Shown in pieces: positions 22,730 to 33,779 of a DNA stretch of 36,193 nucleotides. The position numbers and the translations under genes were made by a program. Positions within the stretch are counted from its first letter, which is position 1; each line of letters begins with the position of its first letter. Source of the DNA: Octopus bimaculoides (lineage: Eukaryota); contig NC_068986.1 in the NCBI RefSeq assembly GCF_001194135.2, positions 55,656,419-55,692,611 on the forward strand. The letters are read 5' to 3'. The notes under the pieces are model-generated. The model was given only the letters and a program-made list of their open reading frames with translations, ran no database searches and was not told where the DNA came from.

Positions 22730-23680
22730 TCAACTATACTCTTAATGTAAATACCGAATATACACTTAAGAAAGGTAGAGTAAGTGTGCCGGTACTTAGA
22801 GATTGCAGTAATCGTGATAAAAAGAATAGTTGTAACAATTTATATAATAATAGGATTACAAATAGAAGGATTAATGACAAGAAAATTAACTTGAACACAG
22901 TAGATATAGTAATCAAAATAATCTCTCAATTAAAAGGTTACCGTGTAAAAATAACTATAAGATTCCATATAATCAGTCCGGTGAATATCAGGAAAATCTA
23001 CGAGGGTAACATAGAAGTACTTGCGGAAGGGCTGAGCATAAGAATAAAGAGTTGGACTCCAGGTGTAAGAGCAACATTTCATGCAACAATCCAGGTACTA
23101 ATATACATAGTAGTAAATATAATTATATCAATTATAGTAATAAATTAAGGAGAAATAGAACACATAATGGGAATATTACTTGGTATAATGCTCCATTTGG
23201 AATTCACGTAGCCTCTAATATTTCAGGAATGTTCTTTATAACCTTAGATAAAATTTCCCACGCCTTCCAGCAGATATAGTAAAATATTTAATGGACATAT
23301 TGTGAAGTATGCATAATTCACCACACCCAATTTAGCAGATATTATAGCGGCTATCAATATCAGAAAATTGAACGTTTTCAGAATAAATGAACGTTCGAGT
23401 GTTTATTCTGAACTTATTGAAAAATCTCGGTTCACCTTTAATGAAAAACGTCTTTCAAGTCAAGTTAACGGAGTTGACTACATCTCAATGTCTCATACAG
23501 ATAATAACAGTAATACTAATACCATAAATAGGTTATTTTATAACTATAGGAGAAATGGAATGTGTTATTTTCGGAACCCTAGTAAATCCCCCCCCCCCCA
23601 AAAAAAAAACCAGTGTTTAAGGAAGAATATGATATATAAATCGACAAAACACTCGAAGGTGTCTATCACAACAGGTGCTT
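22730..23680 (+). mobile_element. Penelope-like element remnant: RT C-terminus, linker and start of the endonuclease region
   Basis: RNRTHNGNITWYNAPFGIHVASNISGMFFITLDK resembles the PLE motif R.R.IIWFNPP.S..V.TNIG..FL.L.DKHF. It is followed by SKIFNGHIVKYA*FTTPNLADIIAAIN (cf. KIFN...VK.SYSC.PN...II..HN) and MCYFRNPSK...NQCLRKNMIYKST (cf. CNCR...CPL...CL..N.IYKA). Confidence 0.8.
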
Positions 23681-24358
23681 CCGCTACAAAATTTAGACCC
23701 CAGAGACATAATCACATTCACTCTGTAGAATACCTTATTTCGTGATCCGTAATAGGTAGCTTTTTTTTTTTTACCCTATAGGTGAGTGGGAGAAGAGGAG
23801 CTAATTATTTACTAAATTGTAACTATAACCTATCTAACAAACGCACCGAACTATTGATTCGCTGTTCTCATTATTTATCAAAGCAATCTTAAATTTTCTT
23901 TTTAAAATTTCCACTCTAATATCCCACTTAATTAACTCGTCTGGGTATAAAGAAATAAACTTTATATCTAAGACACGTTATTAATTATTTTTCGTTTTCC
24001 TTCTTAATTTACTCATTATATAATATAATAGGGAATTTTCTCATAAATTCAAAACCTAAGTTGCATTGTAAACTGCTCTTCCTCTTCCCTCCTGATATAC
24101 TTGCCTTTATAACACATTAAATTTTTAAATTCGATTCTTTAAGCAATGCACCAAATGTAATTTAGTTTAATATTTCATACAATTGAATTTATTTTTGTTT
24201 AATAATATTCAACTTAACATTTGTCGACCTGAATTTTATAAATAAAAATGGCACGGTGATTGTTAGATTGTCTTTTCTTTAAAAGTTACATTTCACTCAA
24301 TTGACCTGTCACGCTACTCACTCCTCTTTGCTATAATCTACATCTAAGTAAAGACATT

Positions 24359-24541
24359 GTTGTTGTTGTTGGCACTCCGTCGTTTACGACATCGAGAGTT
24401 CCAGTTGATCCGATTAACGGAACAGCCTGCTTTAGGTGTTTTCGCTCAATAAACACTCACAACGCCCGGTCTGGGAATCGAAAACGCGATCCTCTGACCG
24501 CGAGTCCGCTGCCCTAACCACTGGGCCATTGCGCCTCCACC
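24359..24541 (-). mobile_element. SINE family C (tRNA-derived) with (CAA)n tail and 12-bp TSD
   Basis: The reverse complement GGAGGCGCAATGGCCCAGTGGTTAGGGCAGCGGACTCGCGGTCAGAGGATCGCGTTTTCGATTCCCAGACCGG has a clear A-box (TGGCCCAGTGG) and B-box-like TTCGATTCC. It ends ...GGAGTGCCAACAACAAC. Direct repeat AGTAAAGACATT at 24347-24358 and 24542-24553. Confidence 0.9.
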
Positions 24542-25733
24542 AGTAAAGACATTAAATACCAATTATATTTCTCAAGCGTTTACGGTGGTAAGCTGGCAGA
24601 ATTGACAGTACGCCGGGTAAAATAGCAGCATTTCACTAGTCTTTGTGTTCNNNNNNNNNNNNNNNNNNNNNNNNNNNNNNNNNNNNNNNNNNNNNNNNNN
24701 NNNNNNNNNNNNNNNNNNNNNNNNNNNNNNNNNNNNNNNNNNNNNNNNNNNNNNNNNNNNNNNNNNNNNNNNNNNNNNNNNNNNNNNNNNNNNNNNNNNN
24801 NNNNNNNNNNNNNNNNNNNNNNNNNNNNNNNNNNNNNNNNNNNNNNNNNNNNNNNNNNNNNNNNNNNNNNNNNNNNNNNNNNNNNNNNNNNNNNNNNNNN
24901 NNNNNNNNNNNNNNNNNNNNNNNNNNNNNNNNNNNNNNNNNNNNNNNNNNNNNNNNNNNNNNNNNNNNNNNNNNNNNNNNNNNNNNNNNNNNNNNNNNNN
25001 NNNNNNNNNNNNNNNNNNNNNNNNNNNNNNNNNNNNNNNNNNNNNNNNNNNNNNNNNNNNNNNNNNNNNNNNNNNNNNNNNNNNNNNNNNNNNNNNNNNN
25101 NNNNNNNNNNNNNNNNNNNNNNNNNNNNNNNNNNNNNNNNNNNNNNNNNNNNNNNNNNNNNNNNNNNNNNNNNNNNNNNNNNNNNNNNNNNNNNNNNNNN
25201 NNNNNNNNNNNNNNNNNNNNNNNNNNNNNNNNNNNNNNNNNNNNNNNNNNNNNNNNNNNNNNNNNNNNNNNNNNNNNNNNNNNNNNNNNNNNNNNNNNNN
25301 NNNNNNNNNNNNNNGGGGGGGGGGTAATATATACACAGAAGTCAGGAAACCGGCTCTATATAAATCTATATGGCTTGGTAATGAGCTTTATCCTTTCATA
25401 TGATATGAACATTGTCTTCTTCCTTCGTGTTAGTAGCAGTCTTTGAAAAATCTAACAGAGCGACTTTTGAGATCCGCAGAGGAAAGTTTATGGGATAACC
25501 ATCCCATCATTTAACTGTTTAATTGCTTAATTAACTGGTCGATTTTATGTACAAGCCATTGTATGATAAAGAAACGATTACGCAAAGTTTCGCATATTGT
25601 AATCGAATAAAGTAACATAAGACTATAACTCTTTATTGTCTTCTCTGCTTATACCCCAGCATGGCCGTAGTCTAATGACTGAAACAAGCAAACGATAAAA
25701 GATATGTGTGTGTATATGTGTGTGTATGCGCGC

Positions 25734-26145
25734 GACCTTGGTGGAATTTGAACTCAGAACATAAAGACAGACGAAATATCGCTAAGCATTTCGCCCGGCG
25801 TGCTCACGTTTCTTCCAGCTCGCCGCCTTATGCCTATCACATATTGTAACTGCTGCTGTCACTGAATAGTAACACTTAGTTTTCTACAACTTCAATACAT
25901 ACAGTAGATTCAGCTTTACTGTGCGATTAAAGGCGGCAAACCAGCAGAATCGTTAGCGCGCCAGAGAACACGCTTAGCGGCGTTTCTTCCAGTTTTCCTT
26001 TCAGAGTTCAAATTCCGCCGACGTCGACATTGTCTTTCATCCTTTCAGGGTTGATAAAACAAGTGTCAGTTGAGCACTGGTATCAATGTAATCGACTCCC
26101 CCGCCCCAATAAAAATTAGCGACCTTGTGCCTACAGAAGAAAGGA
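25734..26145. mobile_element. Head-to-head pair of SINE family B copies (25734-25830 minus; 25929-26145 plus)
   Basis: '...ccagctcgccgcctta' and 'taaaggcggcaaaccagcagaatcgttagc...' face away from each other across a ~100-bp spacer. Confidence 0.85.
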
Positions 26146-26349
26146 CTATTTAGGTGATTAACCGAATCCAATTAGAAAGCAATAAATTACGATGTTTCCG
26201 TATATTTTCTGCAGTTACGCTTCCTGGCTATATTTACGCTCGTATAGATTATACCATGAAAATAGAATTCTTATTCGGTGTACACACAACCTGCTTATGT
26301 TTCATCTAATCCCAGTTAATTATTTTATTGATATATATCGGTATCTTAT

Positions 26350-26535
26350 CTTTTATCTTTTACTTCTTGTTTCATTCATCAGACTGCGGCTATGCTGGAG
26401 CACCACTTTGAAGAATTTTTAATCGAATGCATCGACCCCAGTACTTATATTTTTAAAGCCTTGTACTTATTCTATCGGTCTCTTTTGCGGAATTATGTGG
26501 TTGGGAAACAAGCTTCTTACCCCACAACCACGCCT
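26350..26535 (-). mobile_element. SINE family A 3' module fused to a head fragment
   Basis: 'gtttcattcatcagactgcggctatgctggagcaccac...atcgaccccagtactt...ctatcggtctcttttgcgga', then 'tggttgggaaacaagcttcttaccccacaaccacgcc'. Confidence 0.75.
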
Positions 26536-27100
26536 GAATCTTTTTGTCCCTTATTAGATTTTCAATATCCTTTGATATTCTGTAACTACCGAAACGTTGT
26601 AATTTCATATATACGACCAATAGATTTCCCAGTTTGAATTACACAACAGTATCATCTTGGGGTCATCTAGTGTAAGACGGTTCAATCACAGGCTACAATA
26701 TTTTGTAGCGAATAAAAACTATGACGTCACTTCTCCTTGATTGCTTTTTTACAATTCTTTTTTTCTACAATGAAGACTTATGGATCAAATTTTTTTCTAA
26801 ACAAGATTAAAAATAAACTGGAATCTGAATTTTGATGGCCTTTAAATTGAAAACGGTTAGATTAACATCCTGAAACCATTTGACTTTTGTAACATCTGGT
26901 GTTTGTAAGCACAAACCACCGAATACAGTCATTAATTCATGATAGTAACGGAAGCTTCCACATTCATCTTATTCGTATCAAATAAATTTGATGCTAGATT
27001 TAATTAATATTTTTTACTAAAAATCGGAAAAAATATCTTTAGACAATTGCCCATTCAGTTTTACATATATTCTTTTACACACACACACACACATATATAT

Positions 27101-27264
27101 ACGACGGGCTTCTTTCAGTTTCCGTCAACCAAATCCACTCACAAGGCTTTGGTCGGCCCGAGGCTAAAGTAGAAGACACTTGCCCAAGGTGCCACACAGC
27201 GGGACTGAACACAGAACCATGTGGCTGGTAAGCAAGCTACTTATGACACAGCCACTTCTGCGCC
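27101..27264 (-). mobile_element. SINE family A 5' module (well preserved)
   Basis: The reverse complement reads GCAGAAGTGGCTGTGTCATAAGTAGCTTGCTTACCAGCCACATGGTTCTGTGTTCAGTCCCGCTGTGTGGCACCTTGGGCAAGTGTCTTCTAC. Confidence 0.9.
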
Positions 27265-27919
27265 TCTACTTTAGATTTTGAAGCTAAATGGCTCGTGCAT
27301 CCAGTTAACAGATTTAAGTAATTATCCGGTATGCTATTAAGCGGAATCAACTGATTAATAAATTACCTTTGCGAAACTTAATCACTTGACTTATCTGAAT
27401 TAGGTCGAAGGATTCTAACAATATCCAAATATAACTACTTCGTAACCGAATCGCACTCCAAGGAAAACTGGAATAACCTTATGTGATATTAACTCAGATA
27501 TGAAATGGAATAAAAACAGACACTATTAGCTGACTCATACGACACTCCACTGTTTTTGTTTTTCACTAACATATTTGTATCCACTGTTGAGACATTTTAA
27601 ATATAGCATGTAGTACAAATGGAGAGATACCTAGACAAATTGCCATTCCTGGTACGTCATGGCACATTGCTACTATTCCCAACAGTAGGTGGCGTCGTAG
27701 TCAACCAAGAACTCGGGCTAAACTCCAATAAAATAACTCATTTCTCAGATATTTGTTTCTCATCTGTCTTTCTTCATTTCCCTCTCCCAGGTAAATCTAT
27801 GTCATTCCCATTAGCAGAGCAACTCATGTCGCCATACCTAATTTGGGAATTCTTAAATAAATAAATAGGCAAAAAAATAAACAAACAAACAATTAAATTA
27901 GTAAATAAACAGATACGCA

Positions 27920-28093
27920 CAGGCGTGGCTGTATGATAAGAAATTTACTTCTCATCCACATGGTGCCAAGTTCAGTCCAATTGCTTGACACAACTGCATG
28001 TCTCTTCTACAATAGCCTAAGGCTAACCAATGTCTTGTGAGCTTGTGAGTGGATTTGTGGATTTTGCTGACAGAAAGAGATTGAAAGGAGCGC

Positions 28094-28124
<31 letters not shown>

Positions 28125-28890
28125 NNNNNNNNNNNNNNNNNNNNNNNNNNNNNNNNNNNNNNNNNNNNNNNNNNNNNNNNNNNNNNNNNNNNNNNNNNNN
28201 NNNNNNNNNNNNNNNNNNNNNNNNNNNNNNNNNNNNNNNNNNNNNNNNNNNNNNNNNNNNNNNNNNNNNNNNNNNNNNNNNNNNNNNNNNNNNNNNNNNN
28301 NNNNNNNNNNNNNNNNNNNNNNNNNNNNNNNNNNNNNNNNNNNNNNNNNNNNNNNNNNNNNNNNNNNNNNNNNNNNNNNNNNNNNNNNNNNNNNNNNNNN
28401 NNNNNNNNNNNNNNNNNNNNNNNNNNNNNNNNNNNNNNNNNNNNNNNNNNNNNNNNNNNNNNNNNNNNNNNNNNNNNNNNNNNNNNNNNNNNNNNNNNNN
28501 NNNNNNNNNNNNNNNNNNNNNNNNNNNNNNNNNNNNNNNNNNNNNNNNNNNNNNNNNNNNNNNNNNNNNNNNNNNNNNNNNNNNNNNNNNNNNNNNNNNN
28601 NNNNNNNNNNNNNNNNNNNNNNNNNNNNNNNNNNNNNNNNNNNNNNNNNNNNNNNNNNNNNNNNNNNNNNNNNNNNNNNNNNNNNNNNNNNNNNNNNNNN
28701 NNNNNNNNNNTGTGTGTGTGTGTGTGTATATACCACTTCTTGACAATTGGTGTTGGTGTGTTTACGTCCCTATGACTTGGTGACGGTTCGGCAAAAATCC
28801 AATTGAATGAGTACCAAGGTGAAAAATAAAAAGAAGTGTAAGGCGGTGCCCCAGCACGGCCGCAGTCTAATGCCTGAAATAAGTAAAAAA
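27920..28890 (+). mobile_element. SINE family A spanning an N-gap (5' module 27920-28095; 3' module 28735-28890)
   Basis: Head 'caggcgtggctgtatgataagaaatttacttctc'; after the gap 'cttgacaattggtgttggtgtgtttacgtccc...cggttcggcaaaa...aaggcggtgccccagcacggccgcagtctaatgcctgaaa'. Confidence 0.75.
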
Positions 28891-29309
28891 AGAAATAAAT
28901 TCTTATATTCTTTTACTGGTTCCAGTCATTGGATTGTAGGCGTTCTAAGTCACTACCTTCAAGAGTTTTAGTTGATTATATCAGTATCAGAATTAAATTC
29001 AGACAGGTATTTATCTTATCATTCATTACTTGTCGAACTTGTCGAATATGAGGCTTAGGAAAACACAACCGCCCCCACCCCCCACACACCGTTATATGCT
29101 ACAAAGACGAATATAATCAAAGCAGCTAAAAATAATAACGCGGAAAGAATACAGAATAGCAGAGCGGCTTCCGTAGGTTTCCGTCTACTAAATATTTACT
29201 CACAAGATAATGGTCAAACCAAGGTTTCATTGGAAGATGCTAGCGGGGTCGAATACGGTATCACGTTGTTACTTCTTACCTACAAAGCCTTGCCTCTATA
29301 TACATCTTT

Positions 29310-30198
29310 ATATTTTACTTGTTTCAGTTAAAGGACTGCAACACTGCTGGGGCACCAGCTTAAAGTGTTTAGCCAAGCAAATTGACCTCAGTACTTATTT
29401 TTATATCTGGTACGTATTGGTATCTTTTGTCGAACCGCTAGTTAACGGAAGACGTAAACAGATCAACACCGGTTGTCAGGCGGTAGTGGGCTGGGGTGGG
29501 ATTAAACACAAACGAACGCACACACACATACACACGCACACACACTCACACACACACACGCATACACACACATACACACACATAGACACACACTCTCAGA
29601 CACATACACACACAGTCACACCCACACACACAAACACTCACACACACGCATACACACATATACACACACACTCTCACACAGTGACACACACACACACACA
29701 AACACTCACACACACGCATACACACATGCACACACACACACACACACACTCTCTCTCTCTCTCACACATACACACACACATACACACACACACACATACA
29801 CACATATTCAAAGGGGTGTTGAAATATTCCTGGCTTTGGGTAAAAGAAAATACAGGAGGATCAGTTAATTATGATTTTATCCAAAATATTCCCATCTCAG
29901 ATTCACACACTTATTGCAGCAGTCCTTCAGTTTTTCTAGGCCCTGTAAAAGAACTCGGAAGGTTGGGCCTTCAACCAGGCCTTTCGTAATTCCCTTAAAG
30001 CCTGGAACTTTCCAGCACCCCCTCATATATACATACACACGACGGGCTGTCAGGTAGTTTCCGGCCACCATATCCACTCCCAGTGCATTGGTCGACCCGG
30101 AGTTATAATAGAAGACACATGCCAAAAGTGCCGTGCAGTGCTGTGGGACTGAACCCAAAACCATGCAGTTGCAAGGCGAGATCTCAGCCACACAACCT
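29310..30198 (-). mobile_element. SINE family A split by a ~300-bp CA tract and a mariner-type MITE
   Basis: 3' module at ~29310-29510, CA tract at 29510-29806, MITE at 29807-30027, 5' module at ~30040-30198. Confidence 0.75.
29807..30027. mobile_element. Mariner-type MITE
   Basis: Left TTCAAAGGGGTGTTGAAATATTCCTGGCTTT versus the reverse complement of the right end TATGAGGGGGTGCTGGAAAGTTCCAGGCTTT: 22/31 identical, with a mariner-like (TA)CGAGGG...GAAAAGTT terminus. Confidence 0.7.
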
Positions 30199-31229
30199 TG
30201 TTCGTTGGTTTCAGACAAATGTGGAATAAAGAAAACAGCAACAGCAGTAGAAACAGCAATAAAAGCAATAGCAAAATATTTTGTTTGTAACTATGCAAAT
30301 AAATAAATAAAAGCTCCAGAAGATGAATGGGTTGTTGTTACTATATATAACTAACTGTCGAGAGAGAGTTTTCCAATAAATATACAATGTCATATTGTTC
30401 TTGCTCTTGTTATTCGTTTATAATTTATGCCGTTTTATAAGAGTTGACGATACCATGAAGTCACCTGTGCCCGTCATCCAACTGATTTCAAGATATGTTA
30501 AGGAGTGTAAATTGACTAAAGCAGTTTCCTGTTGCTAATGTTTATCTCATATGAAGATTTAAATTTAGCACTGCAAGTTAACGAAAACCTGACTTACTTT
30601 TTTTATTTAGAGCATTCGCTGCCAAGTTGGTTTGAGGGGAGTCCTTAATATGCAGTCAATCCCCGTTCTGAGCTGCTACTTTGAGGAAGTATTTAGTGAA
30701 AGGCACTTCAGCCTTGACTGTTCCATTTTTATTTCTTTTAGATTGTCTGTATCTAGTACTACAGTTGTCAATGTGATGTTTTACGCTACCGATAAAGTGT
30801 AATTGAAGAAGATTTAGCTGCCATTTCTAGTAGATTTAGTGAATGTGTAGAAACGACCGCGTTAAGCTATAACTTAGATTGATTTATAGCAGTATCAGGA
30901 TTACTTAATAGAAAGGGGTTACGGCTCAGTCTTGTTTTTCAGGATTATGTGAAATGAAATAAAATAAACTGGACTCGATACGAAAGAGTGGTCTACTGGG
31001 TTAATGATTTATGATAATGAATGTTTCTTGATAAATAATAAAACATCACATTAGCACAAAAGAGATAATATTACAGAGGAGATCCTATAACGTCGATTCA
31101 ATGGACTCCATTGTATGAGTGGTACTTATTTTATGAACATCGTTGTTGCTTTTGTTGTTGTTTAGCTCCAGCAAACTAGGCAGAAAATCAATAGTTTTAT
31201 CAATGGGAGTGCTATCTACAGGTTTGTCT

Positions 31230-31960
31230 TGGTTGAGGAGAAGTGAATACGAGGAGTTTTCTGAAAAAGTAGTAAAGACTCTCATGTAAGAGATAGGAAG
31301 GCCCAGTTATATTTTGAGAAATGACAGAGAGCTTATGGTTGCAGGAACTCGTCCTTTGACTTTTTGGAGCCGTCTCGTTGGTATTATGGTGGTACATAAA
31401 CATTCCGGTTGTCGATGGTAGCAGATACCCACCCCAACAGCTGGTGTAGATATTATTTTTCATCTGCACAACTACATTAATATCCTCATCTTGACCTTGG
31501 GTACCTTTAAGGGCGCCTACTCTGTTGCCAATATTTAGACTAGGTCTTTGCTTATTACAGAAACGCAAGAGGTTATGGGAGCTGCCAAATGTATGTCAAG
31601 TCATAATAAAAAAATATTATGGTTGTGAGTCTTGGTTATGTAAGGGATGTGAAACGGTATACCTCGAACATATTTTTAATCACTCATTTAGGGAGGATTC
31701 AGCGATGAAACCCATATGCTACCAAAGAACTTGAAGTACTGGTGGGGTTTGGTGGGTTGGCAGGAGTTGTGTAGTAAATTATCTTGAGATAGGTAAGTGT
31801 CAGATTAGGATAGAGAATATTAGAGTCTGTACAACAAAGATGAATTTAGTGGTTCTTAAGCTAGGCAGTAGTAGTCCATGGAGGGGGGGGGTATTGTTTG
31901 TTCCCCAGGTGGGCAGTGGGTATCACAGAATGGTCATGACTTTTCTAAGGAATAAAATAT
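31230..31960 (-). mobile_element. Highly decayed Penelope-like RT core (tentative)
   Basis: Broken minus frames in RT-like order: TDSNILYPNL (cf. D..SLYPNI), PPNPTSTSSSLV, HQYFKFFG (cf. YF.FNG), QDEDINVV (eroded YVDDI?), NNIYTS (cf. N.IHP.I). Many stops and frameshifts. Confidence 0.4.
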
Positions 31961-32494
31961 TTAAACCAGGTATGATATTTATATTTTAACACCTTTTCAA
32001 GAAAAATCTTTCTTGGAAACAATGGGAGAAGGACATTGTGTTATGGGAGAACAGAAACATACCTGATAATGTTCCAAGGTCCAATATAATTTCGTTATAC
32101 AAGTCCTCGCTTAGTGCTATCCATTAAAAAAGATTAACATAGAGGATACTAATCCAGGTACATGCTTGATGAAATAATAAAAGAAAACATGGATAATAAA
32201 ACTTAATTAAAATATTCTACTTTTTCTTGGTTTTGCAGAACATGGAGAGTGACGTTTTTTAAACATATTCGGTTAAAGAGGGTGCTGAGCTATAAATGAC
32301 TGAGAGCCTTAGGGTAGATATAGAAGACAGTGGCATAGTGTGGAGCGGGTGGATCCCACAGAGTGGCTACTTGAGATACTTGTGTTTGCTGTAGACAAAG
32401 GAGTGTTACTTTTAAGGAAAAAGGTGACCAATTTGGCTGTCACATAAGGTAGCCAAAACTTATGCTGTGAATGCAGTGAATGGGGTAAAACGAT

Positions 32495-32680
32495 AGAGTG
32501 TCGAACTAAATAAATGCTATGCGATATTAGTTCCGGCTCTTTATGTTTATGTTCTGAGTTCTTATTCCGCAGAGATCAACTTCACCTTTCACCCTTTAAG
32601 GGTCAATAAAATAAAGTACCAATTAAGTGCAGATGTATCGACTAACACCATCCAGCCAAAACTGCAAACCTTGTGCCTAA
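32495..32680 (+). mobile_element. Degraded SINE family B copy
   Basis: 'gttctgagttcttattccgcagagatcaacttcacctttcaccctttaagggtcaataaaataaagtacc'. Confidence 0.75.
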
Positions 32681-33626
32681 GTTAGAAACAGTTACTCGTA
32701 CTGCTGTACAGTTGCGTAGCGAGGGCTGTGCAGGAGGCCACTTTATTTACGACATGTGTTTGCTGTAGTCGAAGGTATGTTATGTTTAAGAAAGACGGCA
32801 GCCATTTTGGTTAACACATTGAACAGCCAAAACTCACACTACGCCACTGATAGAAGACGAAGAATTTGTGTCTTACTGTAAGAGTAGGAGGCTGTTGGAC
32901 CGACCGAAATCCACGAGTGTTGGTGTAGCAGACGGAAAATTTCCCCAGTATATTGATTAATACTCATTTTATTAGACAAAATAGTGTAAGCATTGAATTT
33001 CGGAAATTAAAAAAATAGCTTACAACAAATATACAAACTAAAAGAAAGGTGCAAAAAATAGCCACAACAACGATATATGTTAAATGTGTAAATAATTAAA
33101 CGAAAAATAAGATGGCAAACTGGATATTGTTACTAAGTATGGAAACTGGTTTTCTCCATCAATGTACGTGTTGTTATAAACCAGGCAACGCTAATGTTAC
33201 TATACTGGCACATAACACATTAATATAAGTCTGCTGCAGGTATTTGCTGAAATATGCTTTTAAAACAAATAAAATAAAAAATAAATGTCTATCTCCAGAA
33301 ACACACACACACTGACTACTACTACTACTACTACTACTACTGCTGGTGCTGCTGGTGCTGCTGATGCTGCTGCTGCTGTCAATGATTCCTCTCATTGGTA
33401 ACAAAGCCTCAAATTGTACGAAACTGGTATAGTCGATTGAATCCAACACACNNNNNNNNNNGTCAATGATTCCTCTCATTGGTAACAAAGCCTCAAATTG
33501 TACGAAACTGGTATAGTCGATTGAATCCAACACACACACTCACACACACACACACACACATACACACACACACACACACACTCTCTCACACAAACACATA
33601 CATACATACATACATACATATATACG

Positions 33627-33779
33627 TACTGAGTTCAAATTTCGCCGAGGTCGATTTTGCCTTTCATTATTTCGGGGCCGATAAAATAAGTACCAGTTGA
33701 GCATTGGGGGAAAGTGGGTATGTAATAGACTTACACCCTCCCCCAAAATTGCTGGCGTTGTGCCAAAATTTGAAACCGA
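33627..33779 (+). mobile_element. SINE family B copy (5'-truncated)
   Basis: 'ctgagttcaaatttcgccgaggtcgattttgcctttcattatttcggggccgataaaataagtaccagttgagcattgggg'. Confidence 0.85.

Noticed and set aside
22786-23745. Plus-strand ORFs of 120, 75 and 125 aa as host genes
   Set aside because: They are frameshifted pieces of the Penelope-like remnant.
24460-24541. tRNA gene on the minus strand
   Set aside because: A and B boxes are present, but the sequence continues into a SINE body with a (CAA)n tail and TSD; it is a tRNA-derived SINE head.
32709-32849. Possible hAT MITE (CAGTTGCGTAG...CTACGCCACTG)
   Set aside because: The 11-bp inverted ends are suggestive, but there is no 8-bp TSD and no second copy in the window; not supportable.
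33378-33535. Exact 74-bp direct repeat flanking a 10-N gap
   Set aside because: Identical sequence on both sides of a minimal gap is the typical signature of overlapping contig ends that were not merged; treated as an assembly artefact.
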